Assembly: GCA_964187785.1 (NCBI GenBank)
Contig: OZ076409.1
Span: 16,370,001-16,434,000 of the forward strand
Source of the DNA: Amphiscolops sp. MND2022
Lineage: Eukaryota
DNA length: 64,000 nt
Direction of reading: 5' to 3'
Position 1 is the first letter of the stretch, and the number at the start of each line of letters is the position of its first letter. Positions 38,982 to 53,477 of the stretch are shown here, in pieces. The position numbers were made by a program, and so were the translations under genes. The notes beneath the pieces are model-generated. The model was not told the origin of the DNA. It saw only the letters and a list, made by a program, of their open reading frames with translations, and ran no database searches.

Positions 38982-39766
38982 TTTTTGTCAGAAATGTGGT
39001 TTAACTTCGGTGACAGTTTTGCAAAAGGGGTCAAATTGAAAAGATAGCAAAAAACGGACAACGCCATTAGAAAGAGCGTCCAAAAAAACCCCCATGCTGA
39101 AATTTTCGCCGCCATCACTTGAATTTTCATTGAGTTATGTCATTTTTACTATTTTCACAAAATGTGGTTTAACTTCGGTGACAGTTTTGCAAAAGGGGTC
39201 AAAATGAACAGATAGCAAAAAACGGACAACGGCATTGGAAAGAGGGCCCAAAATTACCCCTAAAACGTGTTTTTCACACTCCTGAGTCGACTTTTGATAA
39301 TACATGGAATTTCATTTTTAAGCTTACTAATTTATGCTTTTCAGCATACATTTTCGTAATAGAGTCAAAATTTTGCTTTCTCACAATTTTTCTGGAATAT
39401 TTTTGTTTCATCAGATGTCAATAACTTGAAACGTCGTCTTTTCATGAGAATTTCTCCTCAAAACAAGTTGTTGGCTGGTAATGGTAAGTCCGTACCGCAG
39501 ATAGGAGTCTCGCGCTCCAAAAATTGACTCTTTGCTTTTAGCCTAATTGTTGTGATAAACTTATTAAATAGGTAAGTATTCCAACCCTATTGATAAGTTT
39601 TATTTGAAAGCAGACTGCGAAAGTGGTCTGCTGCCCAATTTTTGAACAAGGAACAAGCTAGTCTGCACTAACTTAAAAGTTACGCGTATTTTGACCGAGA
39701 AAATTTTCGTATCATTGTACGTAATTTTGTTGTTAAGCATATAAAGCTATTGATTCTACAATGATC

Positions 39767-39885
39767 GGCTACGACCATACCATGTTGAATGCACCGGTTC
39801 TCGTCCGATCACCGAAGTTAAACAACATAGGGCCTGGTTAGTACTTGGATGGGAGACCGCTTGGGAACACCAGGTGTTGTAGCCT
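39767..39885 (+). rRNA. 5S rRNA: 5S rRNA
   Basis: Array copy. Confidence 0.98.
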
Positions 39886-40670
39886 TTTTTGTCAGAAATG
39901 TGGTTTAACTTCGGTGACAGTTTTGCAAAAGGGGTCAAATTGAAAAGATAGCAAAAAACGGACAACGCCATTAGAAAGAGCGTCCAAAAAAACCCCCATG
40001 CTGAAATTTTCGCCGCCATCACTTGAATTTTCATTGAGTTATGTCATTTTTACTATTTTCACAAAATGTGGTTTAACTTCGGTGACAGTTTTGCAAAAGG
40101 GGTCAAAATGAACAGATAGCAAAAAACGGACAACGGCATTGGAAAGAGGGCCCAAAATTACCCCTAAAACGTGTTTTTCACACTCCTGAGTCGACTTTTG
40201 ATAATACATGGAATTTCATTTTTAAGCTTACTAATTTATGCTTTTCAGCATACATTTTCGTAATAGAGTCAAAATTTTGCTTTCTCACAATTTTTCTGGA
40301 ATATTTTTGTTTCATCAGATGTCAATAACTTGAAACGTCGTCTTTTCATGAGAATTTCTCCTCAAAACAAGTTGTTGGCTGGTAATGGTAAGTCCGTACC
40401 GCAGATAGGAGTCTCGCGCTCCAAAAATTGACTCTTTGCTTTTAGCCTAATTGTTGTGATAAACTTATTAAATAGGTAAGTATTCCAACCCTATTGATAA
40501 GTTTTATTTGAAAGCAGACTGCGAAAGTGGTCTGCTGCCCAATTTTTGAACAAGGAACAAGCTAGTCTGCACTAACTTAAAAGTTACGCGTATTTTGACC
40601 GAGAAAATTTTCGTATCATTGTACGTAATTTTGTTGTTAAGCATATAAAGCTATTGATTCTACAATGATC

Positions 40671-40789
40671 GGCTACGACCATACCATGTTGAATGCACCG
40701 GTTCTCGTCCGATCACCGAAGTTAAACAACATAGGGCCTGGTTAGTACTTGGATGGGAGACCGCTTGGGAACACCAGGTGTTGTAGCCT
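40671..40789 (+). rRNA. 5S rRNA: 5S rRNA
   Basis: Array copy. Confidence 0.98.
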
Positions 40790-41574
40790 TTTTTGTCAGA
40801 AATGTGGTTTAACTTCGGTGACAGTTTTGCAAAAGGGGTCAAATTGAAAAGATAGCAAAAAACGGACAACGCCATTAGAAAGAGCGTCCAAAAAAACCCC
40901 CATGCTGAAATTTTCGCCGCCATCACTTGAATTTTCATTGAGTTATGTCATTTTTACTATTTTCACAAAATGTGGTTTAACTTCGGTGACAGTTTTGCAA
41001 AAGGGGTCAAAATGAACAGATAGCAAAAAACGGACAACGGCATTGGAAAGAGGGCCCAAAATTACCCCTAAAACGTGTTTTTCACACTCCTGAGTCGACT
41101 TTTGATAATACATGGAATTTCATTTTTAAGCTTACTAATTTATGCTTTTCAGCATACATTTTCGTAATAGAGTCAAAATTTTGCTTTCTCACAATTTTTC
41201 TGGAATATTTTTGTTTCATCAGATGTCAATAACTTGAAACGTCGTCTTTTCATGAGAATTTCTCCTCAAAACAAGTTGTTGGCTGGTAATGGTAAGTCCG
41301 TACCGCAGATAGGAGTCTCGCGCTCCAAAAATTGACTCTTTGCTTTTAGCCTAATTGTTGTGATAAACTTATTAAATAGGTAAGTATTCCAACCCTATTG
41401 ATAAGTTTTATTTGAAAGCAGACTGCGAAAGTGGTCTGCTGCCCAATTTTTGAACAAGGAACAAGCTAGTCTGCACTAACTTAAAAGTTACGCGTATTTT
41501 GACCGAGAAAATTTTCGTATCATTGTACGTAATTTTGTTGTTAAGCATATAAAGCTATTGATTCTACAATGATC

Positions 41575-41693
41575 GGCTACGACCATACCATGTTGAATGC
41601 ACCGGTTCTCGTCCGATCACCGAAGTTAAACAACATAGGGCCTGGTTAGTACTTGGATGGGAGACCGCTTGGGAACACCAGGTGTTGTAGCCT
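41575..41693 (+). rRNA. 5S rRNA: 5S rRNA
   Basis: Array copy. Confidence 0.98.
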
Positions 41694-42478
41694 TTTTTGT
41701 CAGAAATGTGGTTTAACTTCGGTGACAGTTTTGCAAAAGGGGTCAAATTGAAAAGATAGCAAAAAACGGACAACGCCATTAGAAAGAGCGTCCAAAAAAA
41801 CCCCCATGCTGAAATTTTCGCCGCCATCACTTGAATTTTCATTGAGTTATGTCATTTTTACTATTTTCACAAAATGTGGTTTAACTTCGGTGACAGTTTT
41901 GCAAAAGGGGTCAAAATGAACAGATAGCAAAAAACGGACAACGGCATTGGAAAGAGGGCCCAAAATTACCCCTAAAACGTGTTTTTCACACTCCTGAGTC
42001 GACTTTTGATAATACATGGAATTTCATTTTTAAGCTTACTAATTTATGCTTTTCAGCATACATTTTCGTAATAGAGTCAAAATTTTGCTTTCTCACAATT
42101 TTTCTGGAATATTTTTGTTTCATCAGATGTCAATAACTTGAAACGTCGTCTTTTCATGAGAATTTCTCCTCAAAACAAGTTGTTGGCTGGTAATGGTAAG
42201 TCCGTACCGCAGATAGGAGTCTCGCGCTCCAAAAATTGACTCTTTGCTTTTAGCCTAATTGTTGTGATAAACTTATTAAATAGGTAAGTATTCCAACCCT
42301 ATTGATAAGTTTTATTTGAAAGCAGACTGCGAAAGTGGTCTGCTGCCCAATTTTTGAACAAGGAACAAGCTAGTCTGCACTAACTTAAAAGTTACGCGTA
42401 TTTTGACCGAGAAAATTTTCGTATCATTGTACGTAATTTTGTTGTTAAGCATATAAAGCTATTGATTCTACAATGATC

Positions 42479-42597
42479 GGCTACGACCATACCATGTTGA
42501 ATGCACCGGTTCTCGTCCGATCACCGAAGTTAAACAACATAGGGCCTGGTTAGTACTTGGATGGGAGACCGCTTGGGAACACCAGGTGTTGTAGCCT
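42479..42597 (+). rRNA. 5S rRNA: 5S rRNA
   Basis: Array copy. Confidence 0.98.
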
Positions 42598-43382
42598 TTT
42601 TTGTCAGAAATGTGGTTTAACTTCGGTGACAGTTTTGCAAAAGGGGTCAAATTGAAAAGATAGCAAAAAACGGACAACGCCATTAGAAAGAGCGTCCAAA
42701 AAAACCCCCATGCTGAAATTTTCGCCGCCATCACTTGAATTTTCATTGAGTTATGTCATTTTTACTATTTTCACAAAATGTGGTTTAACTTCGGTGACAG
42801 TTTTGCAAAAGGGGTCAAAATGAACAGATAGCAAAAAACGGACAACGGCATTGGAAAGAGGGCCCAAAATTACCCCTAAAACGTGTTTTTCACACTCCTG
42901 AGTCGACTTTTGATAATACATGGAATTTCATTTTTAAGCTTACTAATTATGCTTTTCAGCATACATTTTCGTAATAGAGTCAAAATTTTGCTTTCTCACA
43001 AATTTTTCTGGAATATTTTTGTTTCATCAGATGTCAATAACTTGAAACGTCGTCTTTTCATGAGAATTTCTCCTCAAAACAAGTTGTTGGCTGGTAATGG
43101 TAAGTCCGTACCGCAGATAGGAGTCTCGCGCTCCAAAAATTGACTCTTTGCTTTTAGCCTAATTGTTGTGATAAACTTATTAAATAGGTAAGTATTCCAA
43201 CCCTATTGATAAGTTTATTTGAAAGCAGACTGCGAAAGTGGTCTGCTGCCCAATTTTTGAACAAGGAACAAGCTAGTCTGCACTAACTTAAAAGTTACGC
43301 GTATTTTTGACCGAGAAAATTTTCGTATCATTGTACGTAATTTTGTTGTTAAGCATATAAAGCTATTGATTCTACAATGATC

Positions 43383-43501
43383 GGCTACGACCATACCATG
43401 TTGAATGCACCGGTTCTCGTCCGATCACCGAAGTTAAACAACATAGGGCCTGGTTAGTACTTGGATGGGAGACCGCTTGGGAACACCAGGTGTTGTAGCC
43501 T
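43383..43501 (+). rRNA. 5S rRNA: 5S rRNA
   Basis: Array copy. Confidence 0.98.
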
Positions 43502-44058
43502 TTTTTGTCAGAAATGTGGTTTAACTTCGGTGACAGTTTTGCAAAAGGGGTCAAATTGAAAAGATAGCAAAAAACGGACAACGCCATTAGAAAGAGCGTC
43601 CAAAAAAACCCCCATGCTGAAATTTTCGCCGCCATCACTTGAATTTTCATTGAGTTATGTCATTTTTACTATTTTCACAAAATGTGGTTTAACTTCGGTG
43701 ACAGTTTTGCAAAAGGGGTCAAAATGAACAGATAGCAAAAAACGGACAACGGCATTGGAAAGAGGGCCCAAAATTACCCCTAAAACGTGTTTTTCACACT
43801 CCTGAGTCGACTTTTGATAATACATGGAATTTCATTTTTAAGCTTACTAATTTATGCTTTTCAGCATACATTTTCGTAATAGAGTCAAAATTTTGCTTTC
43901 TCACAATTTTTCTGGAATATTTTTGTTTCATCAGATGTCAATAACTTGAAACGTCGTCTTTTCATGAGAATTTCTCCTCAAAACAAGTTGTTGGCTGGTA
44001 ATGGTAAGTCCGTACCGCAGATAGGAGTCTCGCGCTCCAAAAATTGACTCTTTGCTTT

Positions 44059-44258
44059 NNNNNNNNNNNNNNNNNNNNNNNNNNNNNNNNNNNNNNNNNN
44101 NNNNNNNNNNNNNNNNNNNNNNNNNNNNNNNNNNNNNNNNNNNNNNNNNNNNNNNNNNNNNNNNNNNNNNNNNNNNNNNNNNNNNNNNNNNNNNNNNNNN
44201 NNNNNNNNNNNNNNNNNNNNNNNNNNNNNNNNNNNNNNNNNNNNNNNNNNNNNNNNNN
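44059..44258. other. Scaffold gap (200 N)
   Basis: Run of exactly 200 N. Confidence 1.
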
Positions 44259-44318
44259 TCGTATCATTGTACGTAATTTTGTTGTTAAGCATATAAAGCT
44301 ATTGATTTTACAATGATC

Positions 44319-44437
44319 GGCTACGACCATACCATGTTGAATGCACCGGTTCTCGTCCGATCACCGAAGTTAAACAACATAGGGCCTGGTTAGTACTTGG
44401 ATGGGAGACCGCTTGGGAACACCAGGTGTTGTAGCCT
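44319..44437 (+). rRNA. 5S rRNA: 5S rRNA
   Basis: Array copy (first after the gap). Confidence 0.98.
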
Positions 44438-45222
44438 TTTTTGTCAGAAATGTGGTTTAACTTCGGTGACAGTTTTGCAAAAGGGGTCAAATTGAAAAGA
44501 TAGCACAAAACGGACAACGCCATCAGAAAGAGCGTCCAAAAAAACCCCCATGCTGAAATTTTCGCCGCCATCACTTGAATTTTCATTGAGTTATGTCATT
44601 TTTACTATTTTCACAAAATGTGGTTTAACTTCGGTGACAGTTTTGCAAAAGGGGTCAAAATGAACAGATAGCAAAAAACGGACAACGGCATTGGAAAGAG
44701 GGCCCAAAATTACCCCTAAAACGTGTTTTTCACACTCCTGAGTCGACTTTTGATAATACATGGAATTTCATTTTTAAGCTTACTAATTTATGCTTTTCAG
44801 CATACATTTTCGTAATAGAGTCAAAATTTTGCTTTCTCACAATTTTTCTGGAATATTTTTGTTTCATCAGATGTCAATAACTTGAAACGTCGTCTTTTCA
44901 TGAGAATTTCTCCTCAAAACAAGTTGTTGGCTGGTAATGGTAAGTCCGTACCGCAGATAGGAGTCTCGCGCTCCAAAAATTGACTCTTTGCTTTTAGCCT
45001 AATTGTTGTGATAAACTTATTAAATAGGTAAGTATTCCAACCCTATTGATAAGTTTTATTTGAAAGCAGACTGCGAAAGTGGTCTGCTGCCCAATTTTTG
45101 AACAAGGAACAAGCTAGTCTGCACTAACTTAAAAGTTACGCGTATTTTGACCGAGAAAATTTTCGTATCATTGTACGTAATTTTGTTGTTAAGCATATAA
45201 AGCTATTGATTTTACAATGATC

Positions 45223-45341
45223 GGCTACGACCATACCATGTTGAATGCACCGGTTCTCGTCCGATCACCGAAGTTAAACAACATAGGGCCTGGTTAGTAC
45301 TTGGATGGGAGACCGCTTGGGAACACCAGGTGTTGTAGCCT
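45223..45341 (+). rRNA. 5S rRNA: 5S rRNA
   Basis: Array copy. Confidence 0.98.
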
Positions 45342-46126
45342 TTTTTGTCAGAAATGTGGTTTAACTTCGGTGACAGTTTTGCAAAAGGGGTCAAATTGAA
45401 AAGATAGCACAAAACGGACAACGCCATCAGAAAGAGCGTCCAAAAAAACCCCCATGCTGAAATTTTCGCCGCCATCACTTGAATTTTCATTGAGTTATGT
45501 CATTTTTACTATTTTCACAAAATGTGGTTTAACTTCGGTGACAGTTTTGCAAAAGGGGTCAAAATGAACAGATAGCAAAAAACGGACAACGGCATTGGAA
45601 AGAGGGCCCAAAATTACCCCTAAAACGTGTTTTTCACACTCCTGAGTCGACTTTTGATAATACATGGAATTTCATTTTTAAGCTTACTAATTTATGCTTT
45701 TCAGCATACATTTTCGTAATAGAGTCAAAATTTTGCTTTCTCACAATTTTTCTGGAATATTTTTGTTTCATCAGATGTCAATAACTTGAAACGTCGTCTT
45801 TTCATGAGAATTTCTCCTCAAAACAAGTTGTTGGCTGGTAATGGTAAGTCCGTACCGCAGATAGGAGTCTCGCGCTCCAAAAATTGACTCTTTGCTTTTA
45901 GCCTAATTGTTGTGATAAACTTATTAAATAGGTAAGTATTCCAACCCTATTGATAAGTTTTATTTGAAAGCAGACTGCGAAAGTGGTCTGCTGCCCAATT
46001 TTTGAACAAGGAACAAGCTAGTCTGCACTAACTTAAAAGTTACGCGTATTTTGACCGAGAAAATTTTCGTATCATTGTACGTAATTTTGTTGTTAAGCAT
46101 ATAAAGCTATTGATTTTACAATGATC

Positions 46127-46245
46127 GGCTACGACCATACCATGTTGAATGCACCGGTTCTCGTCCGATCACCGAAGTTAAACAACATAGGGCCTGGTTA
46201 GTACTTGGATGGGAGACCGCTTGGGAACACCAGGTGTTGTAGCCT
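46127..46245 (+). rRNA. 5S rRNA: 5S rRNA
   Basis: Array copy. Confidence 0.98.
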
Positions 46246-47030
46246 TTTTTGTCAGAAATGTGGTTTAACTTCGGTGACAGTTTTGCAAAAGGGGTCAAAT
46301 TGAAAAGATAGCACAAAACGGACAACGCCATCAGAAAGAGCGTCCAAAAAAACCCCCATGCTGAAATTTTCGCCGCCATCACTTGAATTTTCATTGAGTT
46401 ATGTCATTTTTACTATTTTCACAAAATGTGGTTTAACTTCGGTGACAGTTTTGCAAAAGGGGTCAAAATGAACAGATAGCAAAAAACGGACAACGGCATT
46501 GGAAAGAGGGCCCAAAATTACCCCTAAAACGTGTTTTTCACACTCCTGAGTCGACTTTTGATAATACATGGAATTTCATTTTTAAGCTTACTAATTTATG
46601 CTTTTCAGCATACATTTTCGTAATAGAGTCAAAATTTTGCTTTCTCACAATTTTTCTGGAATATTTTTGTTTCATCAGATGTCAATAACTTGAAACGTCG
46701 TCTTTTCATGAGAATTTCTCCTCAAAACAAGTTGTTGGCTGGTAATGGTAAGTCCGTACCGCAGATAGGAGTCTCGCGCTCCAAAAATTGACTCTTTGCT
46801 TTTAGCCTAATTGTTGTGATAAACTTATTAAATAGGTAAGTATTCCAACCCTATTGATAAGTTTTATTTGAAAGCAGACTGCGAAAGTGGTCTGCTGCCC
46901 AATTTTTGAACAAGGAACAAGCTAGTCTGCACTAACTTAAAAGTTACGCGTATTTTGACCGAGAAAATTTTCGTATCATTGTACGTAATTTTGTTGTTAA
47001 GCATATAAAGCTATTGATTTTACAATGATC

Positions 47031-47149
47031 GGCTACGACCATACCATGTTGAATGCACCGGTTCTCGTCCGATCACCGAAGTTAAACAACATAGGGCCTG
47101 GTTAGTACTTGGATGGGAGACCGCTTGGGAACACCAGGTGTTGTAGCCT
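47031..47149 (+). rRNA. 5S rRNA: 5S rRNA
   Basis: Array copy. Confidence 0.98.
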
Positions 47150-47934
47150 TTTTTGTCAGAAATGTGGTTTAACTTCGGTGACAGTTTTGCAAAAGGGGTC
47201 AAATTGAAAAGATAGCACAAAACGGACAACGCCATCAGAAAGAGCGTCCAAAAAAACCCCCATGCTGAAATTTTCGCCGCCATCACTTGAATTTTCATTG
47301 AGTTATGTCATTTTTACTATTTTCACAAAATGTGGTTTAACTTCGGTGACAGTTTTGCAAAAGGGGTCAAAATGAACAGATAGCAAAAAACGGACAACGG
47401 CATTGGAAAGAGGGCCCAAAATTACCCCTAAAACGTGTTTTTCACACTCCTGAGTCGACTTTTGATAATACATGGAATTTCATTTTTAAGCTTACTAATT
47501 TATGCTTTTCAGCATACATTTTCGTAATAGAGTCAAAATTTTGCTTTCTCACAATTTTTCTGGAATATTTTTGTTTCATCAGATGTCAATAACTTGAAAC
47601 GTCGTCTTTTCATGAGAATTTCTCCTCAAAACAAGTTGTTGGCTGGTAATGGTAAGTCCGTACCGCAGATAGGAGTCTCGCGCTCCAAAAATTGACTCTT
47701 TGCTTTTAGCCTAATTGTTGTGATAAACTTATTAAATAGGTAAGTATTCCAACCCTATTGATAAGTTTTATTTGAAAGCAGACTGCGAAAGTGGTCTGCT
47801 GCCCAATTTTTGAACAAGGAACAAGCTAGTCTGCACTAACTTAAAAGTTACGCGTATTTTGACCGAGAAAATTTTCGTATCATTGTACGTAATTTTGTTG
47901 TTAAGCATATAAAGCTATTGATTTTACAATGATC

Positions 47935-48053
47935 GGCTACGACCATACCATGTTGAATGCACCGGTTCTCGTCCGATCACCGAAGTTAAACAACATAGGG
48001 CCTGGTTAGTACTTGGATGGGAGACCGCTTGGGAACACCAGGTGTTGTAGCCT
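47935..48053 (+). rRNA. 5S rRNA: 5S rRNA
   Basis: Array copy. Confidence 0.98.
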
Positions 48054-48838
48054 TTTTTGTCAGAAATGTGGTTTAACTTCGGTGACAGTTTTGCAAAAGG
48101 GGTCAAATTGAAAAGATAGCACAAAACGGACAACGCCATCAGAAAGAGCGTCCAAAAAAACCCCCATGCTGAAATTTTCGCCGCCATCACTTGAATTTTC
48201 ATTGAGTTATGTCATTTTTACTATTTTCACAAAATGTGGTTTAACTTCGGTGACAGTTTTGCAAAAGGGGTCAAAATGAACAGATAGCAAAAAACGGACA
48301 ACGGCATTGGAAAGAGGGCCCAAAATTACCCCTAAAACGTGTTTTTCACACTCCTGAGTCGACTTTTGATAATACATGGAATTTCATTTTTAAGCTTACT
48401 AATTTATGCTTTTCAGCATACATTTTCGTAATAGAGTCAAAATTTTGCTTTCTCACACTTTTTCTGGAATATTTTTGTTTCATCAGATGTCAATAACTTG
48501 AAACGTCGTCTTTTCATGAGAATTTCTCCTCAAAACAAGTTGTTGGCTGGTAATGGTAAGTCCGTACCGCAGATAGGAGTCTCGCGCTCCAAAAATTGAC
48601 TCTTTGCTTTTAGCCTAATTGTTGTGATAAACTTATTAAATAGGTAAGTATTCCAACCCTATTGATAAGTTTTATTTGAAAGCAGACTGCGAAAGTGGTC
48701 TGCTGCCCAATTTTTGAACAAGGAACAAGCTAGTCTGCACTAACTTAAAAGTTACGCGTATTTTGACCGAGAAAATTTTCGTATCATTGTACGTAATTTT
48801 GTTGTTAAGCATATAAAGCTATTGATTTTACAATGATC

Positions 48839-48957
48839 GGCTACGACCATACCATGTTGAATGCACCGGTTCTCGTCCGATCACCGAAGTTAAACAACAT
48901 AGGGCCTGGTTAGTACTTGGATGGGAGACCGCTTGGGAACACCAGGTGTTGTAGCCT
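48839..48957 (+). rRNA. 5S rRNA: 5S rRNA
   Basis: Array copy. Confidence 0.98.
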
Positions 48958-49742
48958 TTTTTGTCAGAAATGTGGTTTAACTTCGGTGACAGTTTTGCAA
49001 AAGGGGTCAAATTGAAAAGATAGCACAAAACGGACAACGCCATCAGAAAGAGCGTCCAAAAAAACCCCCATGCTGAAATTTTCGCCGCCATCACTTGAAT
49101 TTTCATTGAGTTATGTCATTTTTACTATTTTCACAAAATGTGGTTTAACTTCGGTGACAGTTTTGCAAAAGGGGTCAAAATGAACAGATAGCAAAAAACG
49201 GACAACGGCATTGGAAAGAGGGCCCAAAATTACCCCTAAAACGTGTTTTTCACACTCCTGAGTCGACTTTTGATAATACATGGAATTTCATTTTTAAGCT
49301 TACTAATTTATGCTTTTCAGCATACATTTTCGTAATAGAGTCAAAATTTTGCTTTCTCACAATTTTTCTGGAATATTTTTGTTTCATCAGATGTCAATAA
49401 CTTGAAACGTCGTCTTTTCATGAGAATTTCTCCTCAAAACAAGTTGTTGGCTGGTAATGGTAAGTCCGTACCGCAGATAGGAGTCTCGCGCTCCAAAAAT
49501 TGACTCTTTGCTTTTAGCCTAATTGTTGTGATAAACTTATTAAATAGGTAAGTATTCCAACCCTATTGATAAGTTTTATTTGAAAGCAGACTGCGAAAGT
49601 GGTCTGCTGCCCAATTTTTGAACAAGGAACAAGCTAGTCTGCACTAACTTAAAAGTTACGCGTATTTTGACCGAGAAAATTTTCGTATCATTGTACGTAA
49701 TTTTGTTGTTAAGCATATAAAGCTATTGATTTTACAATGATC

Positions 49743-49861
49743 GGCTACGACCATACCATGTTGAATGCACCGGTTCTCGTCCGATCACCGAAGTTAAACA
49801 ACATAGGGCCTGGTTAGTACTTGGATGGGAGACCGCTTGGGAACACCAGGTGTTGTAGCCT
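49743..49861 (+). rRNA. 5S rRNA: 5S rRNA
   Basis: Array copy. Confidence 0.98.
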
Positions 49862-50646
49862 TTTTTGTCAGAAATGTGGTTTAACTTCGGTGACAGTTTT
49901 GCAAAAGGGGTCAAATTGAAAAGATAGCACAAAACGGACAACGCCATCAGAAAGAGCGTCCAAAAAAACCCCCATGCTGAAATTTTCGCCGCCATCACTT
50001 GAATTTTCATTGAGTTATGTCATTTTTACTATTTTCACAAAATGTGGTTTAACTTCGGTGACAGTTTTGCAAAAGGGGTCAAAATGAACAGATAGCAAAA
50101 AACGGACAACGGCATTGGAAAGAGGGCCCAAAATTACCCCTAAAACGTGTTTTTCACACTCCTGAGTCGACTTTTGATAATACATGGAATTTCATTTTTA
50201 AGCTTACTAATTTATGCTTTTCAGCATACATTTTCGTAATAGAGTCAAAATTTTGCTTTCTCACACTTTTTCTGGAATATTTTTGTTTCATCAGATGTCA
50301 ATAACTTGAAACGTCGTCTTTTCATGAGAATTTCTCCTCAAAACAAGTTGTTGGCTGGTAATGGTAAGTCCGTACCGCAGATAGGAGTCTCGCGCTCCAA
50401 AAATTGACTCTTTGCTTTTAGCCTAATTGTTGTGATAAACTTATTAAATAGGTAAGTATTCCAACCCTATTGATAAGTTTTATTTGAAAGCAGACTGCGA
50501 AAGTGGTCTGCTGCCCAATTTTTGAACAAGGAACAAGCTAGTCTGCACTAACTTAAAAGTTACGCGTATTTTGACCGAGAAAATTTTCGTATCATTGTAC
50601 GTAATTTTGTTGTTAAGCATATAAAGCTATTGATTTTACAATGATC

Positions 50647-50765
50647 GGCTACGACCATACCATGTTGAATGCACCGGTTCTCGTCCGATCACCGAAGTTA
50701 AACAACATAGGGCCTGGTTAGTACTTGGATGGGAGACCGCTTGGGAACACCAGGTGTTGTAGCCT
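50647..50765 (+). rRNA. 5S rRNA: 5S rRNA
   Basis: Array copy. Confidence 0.98.
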
Positions 50766-51550
50766 TTTTTGTCAGAAATGTGGTTTAACTTCGGTGACAG
50801 TTTTGCAAAAGGGGTCAAATTGAAAAGATAGCACAAAACGGACAACGCCATCAGAAAGAGCGTCCAAAAAAACCCCCATGCTGAAATTTTCGCCGCCATC
50901 ACTTGAATTTTCATTGAGTTATGTCATTTTTACTATTTTCACAAAATGTGGTTTAACTTCGGTGACAGTTTTGCAAAAGGGGTCAAAATGAACAGATAGC
51001 AAAAAACGGACAACGGCATTGGAAAGAGGGCCCAAAATTACCCCTAAAACGTGTTTTTCACACTCCTGAGTCGACTTTTGATAATACATGGAATTTCATT
51101 TTTAAGCTTACTAATTTATGCTTTTCAGCATACATTTTCGTAATAGAGTCAAAATTTTGCTTTCTCACAATTTTTCTGGAATATTTTTGTTTCATCAGAT
51201 GTCAATAACTTGAAACGTCGTCTTTTCATGAGAATTTCTCCTCAAAACAAGTTGTTGGCTGGTAATGGTAAGTCCGTACCGCAGATAGGAGTCTCGCGCT
51301 CCAAAAATTGACTCTTTGCTTTTAGCCTAATTGTTGTGATAAACTTATTAAATAGGTAAGTATTCCAACCCTATTGATAAGTTTTATTTGAAAGCAGACT
51401 GCGAAAGTGGTCTGCTGCCCAATTTTTGAACAAGGAACAAGCTAGTCTGCACTAACTTAAAAGTTACGCGTATTTTGACCGAGAAAATTTTCGTATCATT
51501 GTACGTAATTTTGTTGTTAAGCATATAAAGCTATTGATTTTACAATGATC

Positions 51551-51669
51551 GGCTACGACCATACCATGTTGAATGCACCGGTTCTCGTCCGATCACCGAA
51601 GTTAAACAACATAGGGCCTGGTTAGTACTTGGATGGGAGACCGCTTGGGAACACCAGGTGTTGTAGCCT
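51551..51669 (+). rRNA. 5S rRNA: 5S rRNA
   Basis: Array copy. Confidence 0.98.
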
Positions 51670-52454
51670 TTTTTGTCAGAAATGTGGTTTAACTTCGGTG
51701 ACAGTTTTGCAAAAGGGGTCAAATTGAAAAGATAGCACAAAACGGACAACGCCATCAGAAAGAGCGTCCAAAAAAACCCCCATGCTGAAATTTTCGCCGC
51801 CATCACTTGAATTTTCATTGAGTTATGTCATTTTTACTATTTTCACAAAATGTGGTTTAACTTCGGTGACAGTTTTGCAAAAGGGGTCAAAATGAACAGA
51901 TAGCAAAAAACGGACAACGGCATTGGAAAGAGGGCCCAAAATTACCCCTAAAACGTGTTTTTCACACTCCTGAGTCGACTTTTGATAATACATGGAATTT
52001 CATTTTTAAGCTTACTAATTTATGCTTTTCAGCATACATTTTCGTAATAGAGTCAAAATTTTGCTTTCTCACAATTTTTCTGGAATATTTTTGTTTCATC
52101 AGATGTCAATAACTTGAAACGTCGTCTTTTCATGAGAATTTCTCCTCAAAACAAGTTGTTGGCTGGTAATGGTAAGTCCGTACCGCAGATAGGAGTCTCG
52201 CGCTCCAAAAATTGACTCTTTGCTTTTAGCCTAATTGTTGTGATAAACTTATTAAATAGGTAAGTATTCCAACCCTATTGATAAGTTTTATTTGAAAGCA
52301 GACTGCGAAAGTGGTCTGCTGCCCAATTTTTGAACAAGGAACAAGCTAGTCTGCACTAACTTAAAAGTTACGCGTATTTTGACCGAGAAAATTTTCGTAT
52401 CATTGTACGTAATTTTGTTGTTAAGCATATAAAGCTATTGATTTTACAATGATC

Positions 52455-52573
52455 GGCTACGACCATACCATGTTGAATGCACCGGTTCTCGTCCGATCAC
52501 CGAAGTTAAACAACATAGGGCCTGGTTAGTACTTGGATGGGAGACCGCTTGGGAACACCAGGTGTTGTAGCCT
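52455..52573 (+). rRNA. 5S rRNA: 5S rRNA
   Basis: Array copy. Confidence 0.98.
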
Positions 52574-53358
52574 TTTTTGTCAGAAATGTGGTTTAACTTC
52601 GGTGACAGTTTTGCAAAAGGGGTCAAATTGAAAAGATAGCACAAAACGGACAACGCCATCAGAAAGAGCGTCCAAAAAAACCCCCATGCTGAAATTTTCG
52701 CCGCCATCACTTGAATTTTCATTGAGTTATGTCATTTTTACTATTTTCACAAAATGTGGTTTAACTTCGGTGACAGTTTTGCAAAAGGGGTCAAAATGAA
52801 CAGATAGCAAAAAACGGACAACGGCATTGGAAAGAGGGCCCAAAATTACCCCTAAAACGTGTTTTTCACACTCCTGAGTCGACTTTTGATAATACATGGA
52901 ATTTCATTTTTAAGCTTACTAATTTATGCTTTTCAGCATACATTTTCGTAATAGAGTCAAAATTTTGCTTTCTCACAATTTTTCTGGAATATTTTTGTTT
53001 CATCAGATGTCAATAACTTGAAACGTCGTCTTTTCATGAGAATTTCTCCTCAAAACAAGTTGTTGGCTGGTAATGGTAAGTCCGTACCGCAGATAGGAGT
53101 CTCGCGCTCCAAAAATTGACTCTTTGCTTTTAGCCTAATTGTTGTGATAAACTTATTAAATAGGTAAGTATTCCAACCCTATTGATAAGTTTTATTTGAA
53201 AGCAGACTGCGAAAGTGGTCTGCTGCCCAATTTTTGAACAAGGAACAAGCTAGTCTGCACTAACTTAAAAGTTACGCGTATTTTGACCGAGAAAATTTTC
53301 GTATCATTGTACGTAATTTTGTTGTTAAGCATATAAAGCTATTGATTTTACAATGATC

Positions 53359-53477
53359 GGCTACGACCATACCATGTTGAATGCACCGGTTCTCGTCCGA
53401 TCACCGAAGTTAAACAACATAGGGCCTGGTTAGTACTTGGATGGGAGACCGCTTGGGAACACCAGGTGTTGTAGCCT
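53359..53477 (+). rRNA. 5S rRNA: 5S rRNA
   Basis: Array copy. Confidence 0.98.

Noticed and set aside
42883..43143. 86-aa plus-strand ORF unique to one unit
   Set aside because: It arises from 1-nt homopolymer indels near a contig end, probably consensus noise.
43962..44330. ORFs spanning X runs
   Set aside because: Artefacts of the 200-N gap.
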